The translations under genes were made by a program, and so were the position numbers. Of a stretch of DNA of 64,000 nt, positions 8,201-17,200 are shown in pieces. Under the pieces are notes generated by a model. That model saw only the letters and a list, made by a program, of their open reading frames with translations, had not been told where the DNA came from and searched no databases. The first letter of the stretch is position 1; each line of letters starts with the position of its first letter. Source of the DNA: Scyliorhinus canicula (taxonomy: Eukaryota); contig NC_052158.1 of the NCBI RefSeq assembly GCF_902713615.1, positions 43,363,159 through 43,427,158 on the forward strand, in the 5' to 3' direction.

Positions 8201-11200
8201 TCCACACTACCAAGAATTTTACCATTAGCCAAATATTCCGCATTCCTGTTATTCTTTCCAAAGTGAATCACCTCACACTTCTCCACATTAAACTCCATTT
8301 GCCACCTCTCAGCCCAGCTCTGCAGCTTATCTATGTCCCTCTGTAACCTGCAACATCCTTCCGCACTGTCTACAACTCCACCGACTTTAGTGTCGTCTGC
8401 AAATTTACTCACCCATCCTTCTGCGCCCTCCTCTAGGTCATTTATAAAAATGACAAACAGCAACGGCCCCAGAACAGATCCTTGTGGTACGCCACTCGTA
8501 ACTGAACTCCATTCTGAACATTTCCCATCAACTACCACTCTCTGTCTTCTTTCAACTAGCCAATTTCTGATCCACATCTCTAAATCACCCTCAATCCCCA
8601 GCCTCCGTATTTTCTGCAATAGCCGACCGTGGGGAACCTTATCAAACGCTTTACTGAAATCTATATACACCACATCAACTGCCCTACCCTCGTCTACCTG
8701 TTCAGTCACCTTCTCAAAGAACTCGATAAGGTTTGTGAGGCATGACCTACCCTTCACAAAACCATGCTGACTATCCCTAATCATATTATTCCTATCTAGA
8801 TGATTATAAATCGTATCTTTTATAATCCTCTCCAAGACCTTACCCACCACAGACGTTAGGCTCACCGGCCTATAGTTACCGGGGTTATCTCTACTCCCCT
8901 TCTTGAACAAAGGGACCACATTTGCTATCCTCCAGTCCTCTGGCACTATTCCTGTAGCCAATGATGACCTAAAAATCAAAGCCAAAGGCTCAGCAATCTC
9001 TTCCCTGGCTTCCCAGAGAATCCTAGGATAAATCCCATCAGGCCCCGGGGACTTATCTATTTTCACCTTGTCCAGAATTGCCAACACTTCTTCCCTACGC
9101 ACCTCAATGCCATCTATTCTAATAGCCTGGGTCTCAGCATTCTCCTCCACAATATTATCTTTTTCTTGAGTGAATACTGACGAAAAGTATTCATTTAGTA
9201 TCTCGCTTATCTCCTCAGCCTCCACACACAACTTCCCACCACTGCCCTTGACTGGCCCTACTCTTACCCTAGTCATTCTTATATTCCTGACATACCTATA
9301 GAAAGCTTTTGGGTTTTCCTTGATCCTACCTGCCAAAGTCTTCTCATGTCCCCTCCTTGCTCGTCTCAGCTCTCTCTTTAGATCCTTCCTCGCTTCCTTG
9401 TAACTATCAAGCGCCCCAACTGAAACTTCATGCCTCATCTTCACATAGGCCTCCTTCTTCCTCTTAACAAGAGATTCCACTTCTTTGGTAAACCACGGTT
9501 CCCTCGCTCGACCCCTTCCTCCCTGCCTGACTGGTACGTACTTATCAAGAACATGCAATAGCTGTTCCTTGAACAAGCTCCACATATCCAGTGTGCCCAA
9601 CCCTTGCAGCCTACTTCTCCAACCAACACATCCTAAGTCATGTCTAATGGCATCATAATTGCCCTTCCCCCAGCTATAACTCTTGCCCTGCGGGGTATAC
9701 TTATCCCTTTCCATCACTAACGTAAAGGTCACCGAATTGTGGTCACTGTTTCCAAAGTGCTCACCTACCTCCAGATCTAACACCTGGCCTGGTTCATTAC
9801 CCAAAACCAAATCCAATGTGGCCTCGCCTCTTGTTGGCCTGTCAACATATTGTGTCAGGAAACCCTCCTGCATGATCAGCTCTTTCCCACCTCGACCCAT
9901 TGTTTTCAGCCCATTTCATTTTAAATGTCTTTTACCATTTCTTTCTTTAATATATATTTAATTCCCCCCCCCCCCCCCCCCCCCCCCCGATCTTATCCAC
10001 CATTCCTTCACTTTTCTTCTCCCTTCCCCTCTCCCCACATCTACATCCTCTGATGTTAGTTTCTCAGCTGTTTGACCTTTCACATCTTTTGTCCTCTCTG
10101 GGGACTGCCATTAGCACTCTTTCCCCTTGGTTTCTGTGGCCATTAGCACCCCATTTCCCTGGGTTTCTGTGGCTATGGCTGCTCTTTCATTCTCACTCCA
10201 CAGTATAAATATTACCCACTTTCTTTGTCTGTTAGCTTTGACAAAGGGTCATCTGGACGCGAAACGTTAGCTGTTTTCTCTCCTTACAAATGCTGCCAGA
10301 CCTGCTGAGATTTTCCAGCATTTTCTCTTTCAAATCATCTATCATAACCTGTTGAGGTGGGTAGTGATTGGTAGAACACTCTCCTTTTAAGGTGTTTATT
10401 GTCCTATTGCAATATACTGTATCATTTGGAGGTTAATATTACATTTATTTTCACACTTGTTCATCTCAATCAGTAATGTTTTCATTCCGTTCTGCAAAGA
10501 GGAACGCATTTAAGTTATTATGACTTTGGGACAGAGCAAAAGACAAAATACCAATTTTTAAAGCTGGAACATAGACAATCTAACTAGGGGTGTTCAGGAT
10601 CTGAGAGCAAATTGTAATGTGGGCATTGGAGAAATAAATGCAAGACCGGTAAAGCTATACTCTGCTTACAACTAACTTTTCTTGCTTTGTTCCAGTGAAA
10701 CCAACAGTCACTATCCGCCCTAAAGCATCGCCACATTCTGGGCACTCAGTCCTGCTGTCCTGTCGTGTCACTGGATTTTATCCTCCTGAGATTGATGTCA
10801 CATGGTTGAAAAATGGAGTGCCAGTTCCTGATGGTGTCATCAACACTGTCATGTTATCAGATGGAGATTGGACCTATCAAGTGGAGGATCTCCTTCAGTA
10901 TCACCCAGAGTCTGGTGATAAATATACCTGTCATGTGGAACACAGCAGCCTGAATGAGCCTAGGATCACAGACTGGGGTAAGAACAATTTGGGATCAGGT
11001 TACAGGAACTTCATACAAAATCATTGCATCAAAATGTTCATACCCAAGGTATAGGATATTGCTTTAAGAAGCCTTCCTGGATACACCTTACACACTCTGC
11101 CCCATCCAAGCCCCTTGTACTAAGTGAGTCCCAGTCCATTTAGGGGAGATTAAAATCCCCTACCACAACAATCCTGTTACTTTTACACCAATCCAAAATC

Positions 11201-14200
11201 CCTCTACCTATCTACTCCTCTATCTCTCACTGGCAGTTGGGGGGGAGGGCTGTAATAAACCCTCAATATTGTTATAACGCCTTTCTGTTCCTGAGACCTT
11301 CAATGTGTCCTGCCGTAATATGGCTGTAATATTCTCCTTAACCAGTAATGCTATTTCCCCACCCCTTTTACATCCCCCTCTATCTCTCCTGAAGCATCTA
11401 TATCCTCCAACGTTCAGCTGCTAATCCTGCCCTTCCTTTAACCACGTTTCTGTGATAGCCACGACATCAGAGTTCCAAGAAGTGCTTGAAGTTCATCTGC
11501 CTTGCCTGCTATACTTCTGGCAATGAAACAAATGCACTTCAAACCATTGCGTTTGAGCAGACAGGGTGATGTTCTTCTCTGTTCTCTATTTCCCCTTCAG
11601 TCATTACACCTTTTAAGCTAACGCTCTGGTTTCCACCCCCCTGCCACACTTGTTTAAATTCTCCCAAGTGACTCTAGCAAATCTCCCAGCCAGGATATTG
11701 GTGCCCGTCCTTCTTGTACAGGTTCCAACTGCCCCGGAAGAGATCCCAGTGTTCCAGAAATCTGAAACCCTCCGTCAAGCGCCACCAGTTTAGCCACTTT
11801 TTTATCTGCACTATCCTCTTCTTTCTATCCTCAATGGCATGTGGCCCAGGGAGTAATCCTGAGATTTGTAAAACAATGTGAACCAGGCAAAGAGACCATG
11901 TCAGGGGTGTCTATGTAAGTACAGTGGCAAGGGGCAGTGCTGTGCTGTTAATTTTGATTTATCTCCTTCCTTAAGGGAGATATGCTGGTTCAAAGAGATT
12001 TAGAGACTTTGCTAGGCTGATGAGCGGGTTGCATTTGAGAAAGGGTTGAACAGGTTCAGCTTATATTTATTGGAGTTTAGAAGAATGAGAGGTGGTCTTA
12101 TGAAGCATACAGGTTTGAGGGAGCTTGACAGATTAGGTGCTGTGAGGATGTTTACTCAGAGTCTAGAGCCACGGGGCACAGTTTTTTAAAATAAGTGTCT
12201 CTTATTTAAGACAGATGTACAGCACAGTGTCATTACTGGAATTCTCTTTCCAATAGAGCTGTGGAGGCTGGGTCATATACAGAGTTTTGATCTGGGGACT
12301 GACAGGCAAGCAGCATGTAAAGTCACAATCCAATCCACCACGTCTTATCGAATGGCAGAGCAGGCTCAAAGCCTGCTATTAATTTTTTTTTAATAACAAT
12401 TTTATTGAGGTCGTTTTTGGCTTTGTAAACAGTTACAGATATCAACAGAAAGAAAGCAAAAAAGGCAAAAATGTGTAAACATCCACGTACATTCAATACT
12501 TCAATCGTAACATACTACACAAGCCCGCTCCTCCCAACGGTACTACCTGCCATTTTACCCCTCCTACTCTACTCTACTCTACCCCCACCCCCTGCTGACG
12601 CTCACTCTCTCGTAAAGAAGTCAATAAATGGTTGCCACCTCCGGGCGAACCCCTGTACAGATCCCCTCAAGGCGAACTTAATTTTTTCCATCCCCAGGAA
12701 ACTCGACATGTCCGCAAGCCACAACTCAGTCTTCGGGGGCTTTGAGTCCCTCCACACCACTAGTATTCGTCGCCGGGCTATCAGGGAAGCAAAGGCCAAA
12801 ACATCGGCCTCTTTTTCCCCCTGGACTCCCGGAACCCCAGAAATTGCCACCCCTGGACCCAGCGCCACCCTTGTTTTTAGCACCCGGGACATGACGCCCG
12901 CAAATCCCTCCCAGTACCCCCTCAGCTTAGGGCATGCCCAAAACATGTGAACGTGGTTCGCTGGTCCTCCCGCGCACCTGGCACCTGGCACATTTGTCCT
13001 CTATCCCAAAGAATTTGCTCATCCGAGCCACCGTCATGTGGGCCCGGTGAACGACCTTAAATTGAATCAGCCCGAGCCTGGCACATGTCGCGGTCGAATT
13101 TACCCTACTCAGGGCCTCTGCCCACAGCCCGTCCTCCATTTCCCCGCCTAGCTCCTCCTCCCATTTGAGTTTCAGTTCCTCCGTCTGGGACCCTTCCTCC
13201 CTCATGAGCACCTCATAAATACCAGAGACTCTACCCTCCCGTTCTTCCCCCCCCTAGAGACTATTCTGTCGAGGATCCCCATTGGCGGGAGGCGTGGGAA
13301 AGGTGGGACCTGTCTACGAACAAAGTCCCGCAACTGTAGGTACCTAAAATAATTTCCCCTTCCCAGCCCAAATTTCTCCTCCAAGCTCCTCAAACTCGCA
13401 AAGCTCCCTTCCAGGAACATATCGGCCACCCTTCCCACCCCCGCCCACCGCCATTCCCGAAACCCCCCATCCATACTCCCGGGGAAAAACCGATGGTTGT
13501 TGCAGATTGGCGCCCAAACCGACACCCCCATCTTACCTACGTGCCTCCTCCACTGGCCCCATATCCGCAGGGTTGTCACCACCACTGGGCTGGTGGAGTA
13601 CCTGGCCGGCGGCAGCGGTAGAGGAGCCGTGACCAGGGCTTCTAAGCTGGAGCCCCTGCACGAAGCCGCCTCCACCCGCTCCCAAATAGACCCCGTACCC
13701 ACCATCCACTTCCTTATCATAGCGATGTTGGCCGCCCAGTAATAATTAATCAGACTCGGCAAAGCCAGCCCTCCCTTGCTGCGGTTCCTCTCCAACATTG
13801 CCTTCTTCACCCGCGGGGATTTTCCCGCCCAGACAGAGCTCATGATCATCCTGTTAACTCTTTTGAAGAAGGACTGTGGGACAAAGATCAGGAGGCACTG
13901 AAAAACAAACAGAAATCTAGGGAGGATTGTCATCTTTACAGTCTGCACCCTCCCTGCCAGTGGGAGTGCATCCCATCTCCGAAACTCTCCCTTCATTTGC
14001 TCCACCACCCTGGCCAAATTTAACTTGTGCAGCCTGCCCCAGTCTCGTGCCACCTGGATTCCCAAATACCGGAAATTTTCCTCAACCAGCCTAAACGGTA
14101 GCCCTCTCAATCTGTTCTCCTGGCCTCTTGCCTGTACCACAAACATTTCACTCTGGGCCGTATTTAATTTGTATCCTGAAAACTGGCTGAACTTCCTCAA

Positions 14201-17200
14201 CATTCCCAGTATACTTTCCATCCCGGCCACTGGGTCCGACACGTACAGGAGCAGGTCGTCTGCATAAAGAGAAACCCTGTGTTCAACCCCGCCCCTCACC
14301 ATCCCCTTCCATCCCTCTGCGGCTCTCAGCGCAATCGCCAGCGGCTCTATGGCCAGCGCAAACAGCAGCGGGGCGAGCGGGCAGCCCTGTCTGGTCCCTC
14401 GGTACAGCCTAAAGTACTCCGACACTTCTCTGTTAGTCCTGACGCTGGCCTTCGGGGCCTGATATAATAATTTGATCCAATCCACCAGTTCCTCCCCAAA
14501 CCCAAACCGTCTGAGCACCTCCCATAGATAGTCCCACTCCACCTGGTCAAAGGCTTTCTCGGCGTCCATCGCCACCACTACCTCCACCTCTCTACCCGCC
14601 AGGGGCATCATTATCACATTAAGTAATCTTCTCAGGTTGGCCGCCAGCTGCCTACCTTTCACAAACCTAGTTTGGTCCTCCCCAATCACCTCCGGTACGC
14701 AGTCCTCCATTCTAACCGCCAGTACCTTTGCCAGGAGCTTGGCGTCTACATTAATCAGGGAGATTGGCCTGTAGGACCCGCACGCCTCCGGGTCTTTACC
14801 CCACTTCAATATCAGAGATATGGTGGCTTGCGACATTGTCGGCGGCAGGGTCCCTCTGTCCCTTGCCTCCTGCTATTAATTTTTGATCTTCATTAGTTCT
14901 CCTTCTTTAGTTCTCTTCCTAGGAAAGTATAGACCATCCTTGTGGAATGTCTCACGTTTCCCAGAGCTGGTGCCGCCATTACCCATGAAGTGACTAGCCA
15001 TGTTAATCTTCATCGCCCTGATCCAGTCTGTAAATGGATAGGAATCCAGAGATATTTTCTCTAAACCTCTTTCTCACAATTTGGTCCCTTCCTATTTCAT
15101 TTGGCTCCATGTAGATTTCAGTGACTGCCCTTCCCACAGCCTTTCCAATATCTTCACATCCTTTATTTTAGCCCCTTGGAGCCAATTGGACTACAAGGAT
15201 GGTGCTGAGTGGTCTCCAATTGTGGCATTGCTGGCTGAATTGCTAATATTCCCCTCCAGCTAGCCCTCCCCACCCCATGTTTCTTTCATCCCTTCCTTGC
15301 CCTAGCTGGTGAATTCTCATTACTACTTTCATCTCCGTCTCTCTGAAGTGACGATCTGTAAGCACCTAAATCTGTCTCTCCTTGAGATGTCCAAATTCAA
15401 CTGCCCACCTCGATTAACAAATGGTCTTTTCTACATAGTATCTTCCACTCCACTGTGCAGGGATCAATGCCCATTCCCTGATGTGCTACCAAGTTGAGTT
15501 GGAATATAGCTCCGTTATCATTAAGTGACAATGTAAACTTGCTTGTTTTAATTGAAGTACTCTGCATTTGCTTAAATTCAAATTGTTACTAGCTCAAACC
15601 CTATCTGTCCACGGCTTAAACAACTATGTAAATGGATTCGTGGGCTTGAAATTTGATATTCGATAGTCTATTGATCTAATTTTTCAAGAATTTCCCACAC
15701 TAACCACCTCTCCTTCCCCCCCCCCCCCCCCCCAAGCTCCTTGAATCTCTCATTTCACACAAACCTGTGTAACCATCTCATAAAGGAAATGATCACATTT
15801 AAATAGTTCATAAGTCCTCCTACCTTACTGACATTCAGTTAGAAGTCCAGCTCAGTCGGTGCCTCTCTTGTTCCTCCTCTGAACTTGTATACAACGTCTT
15901 TGATTTTGGACCCATCCCACAGTCTGCAACCTCTCTGATCTCCTTTTCTTTTTTTATTCCTCCCGACGTTATGTGATTCTGTCAGAACAAGGTTTTATGA
16001 TTTGGTATTTCAATAGAGCCCCTGCACTGCTCTAACACTTGGATTGTTTCCCTTGTACAGAGGTAGGGAGCACAACTGAATCGGAGAAACCCAAGATCAT
16101 TGTCGGAGTCCTGGTATTTATAATTGGATTTATCATCCTGCTGGCTGGAGTCATAATGAGACTGAAGAATGCTAAAGGTAAGGTTCTGTTCAGTCTTTTG
16201 AGTATAGGATGCACCAACCCATTAATTGTTGTCTGGGGCCGCCCCCAACAGGCCTCCCACGCAGCGTTCGTGCGCTGTTCATGCCAGCAGTGACCAGATG
16301 TGGTTGGCACCGGCGTCGGATTGGGCAGGCTGCTCGGCCCATCCGGGCCGGAGAATCGCTGCTCGCCCGTTGCAAACAGCGAGTGGCGATTCCCCGAGCG
16401 GCCTGTCGTAAAACACGGCGCGCCGTTTTGGGGGGAGTGGGAGAATCGCGTGCAGGTGGCAGGGCGGCGTGGTGGGACTCACCCGGCCCCCCCCCCCCCC
16501 CCCCCCCCCCACGATTCTCCCACCCGGCATGGGGGGGCGGAGAATTGCGTCCAGTATGTATGCACTGTACAAATCTCCCAATCTGTTGGCTGGGAATACC
16601 CAGATATTATTTTTTCCACCAAGTTGACATGTAAACAGTGAGGTTGAAACTCTTGCACAAGGAGCAGCCAGTGCTGGCTTGGGTCTTCATTGATGTAAAG
16701 TTGTGCTTAAGACTCGAATAACTGGGAATTTCAATTTTAGGAAATTGACTTTCTGACCATTAGTGCATTATCACAGACTGCTCTGGGTTGTTAATGGGCT
16801 GGACTATGTCATGGACTGTATTTAACCCAGATTATAACTCCGCATTAATGGCCCTGCATCAGCAGGCACATTTCCCTTTTTCGACACCAGACAAATTGCT
16901 GCTACATTAAATTGTAAAGGAAGCAGACACTACAGTTCAAAAAATGTTGCAGTCCAGTAACGGTTAGATTCCGTTGGCATTTCGGTGAATGAGGAATGGA
17001 AATGATAAAAATTCATTGCAGACTCAATGGGTCAAATGGCCTTCTGCACTATAGGGATTCTGTGAATGGGACCCTAAATTAGATATGGCATTGAGTATGT
17101 CAAATTATGCATGAAAAAACACTGCCACAAGCAACAAGCATTGTACATTTGACTGGGAGTGTACTGGGTAACAGTTTTAAGACCTACTTTAACCAGCATT

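Larger units (their letters stand above)
7286..10330 (+). mobile_element. Penelope-like element 3' part (GIY-YIG C-terminus plus terminal repeat), split by a CR1 insertion at 7498-9871
   Basis: 7286-7495 encodes ...LPIACHFN...CSHAH...LEEQHLIFQLGTLQPSGLNIEFNN. The element resumes at 9872 with the 3' repeat containing TATAAAT and a hammerhead motif. Confidence 0.75.

Noticed and set aside
10695-11054. Stand-alone 119-aa Ig-domain ORF, and the ORFs at 2373-2582 and 16039-16293
   Set aside because: These are exons 3, 2 and 4 of the spliced MHC IIB gene read through into introns. The start codons in the ORF track are artefacts.
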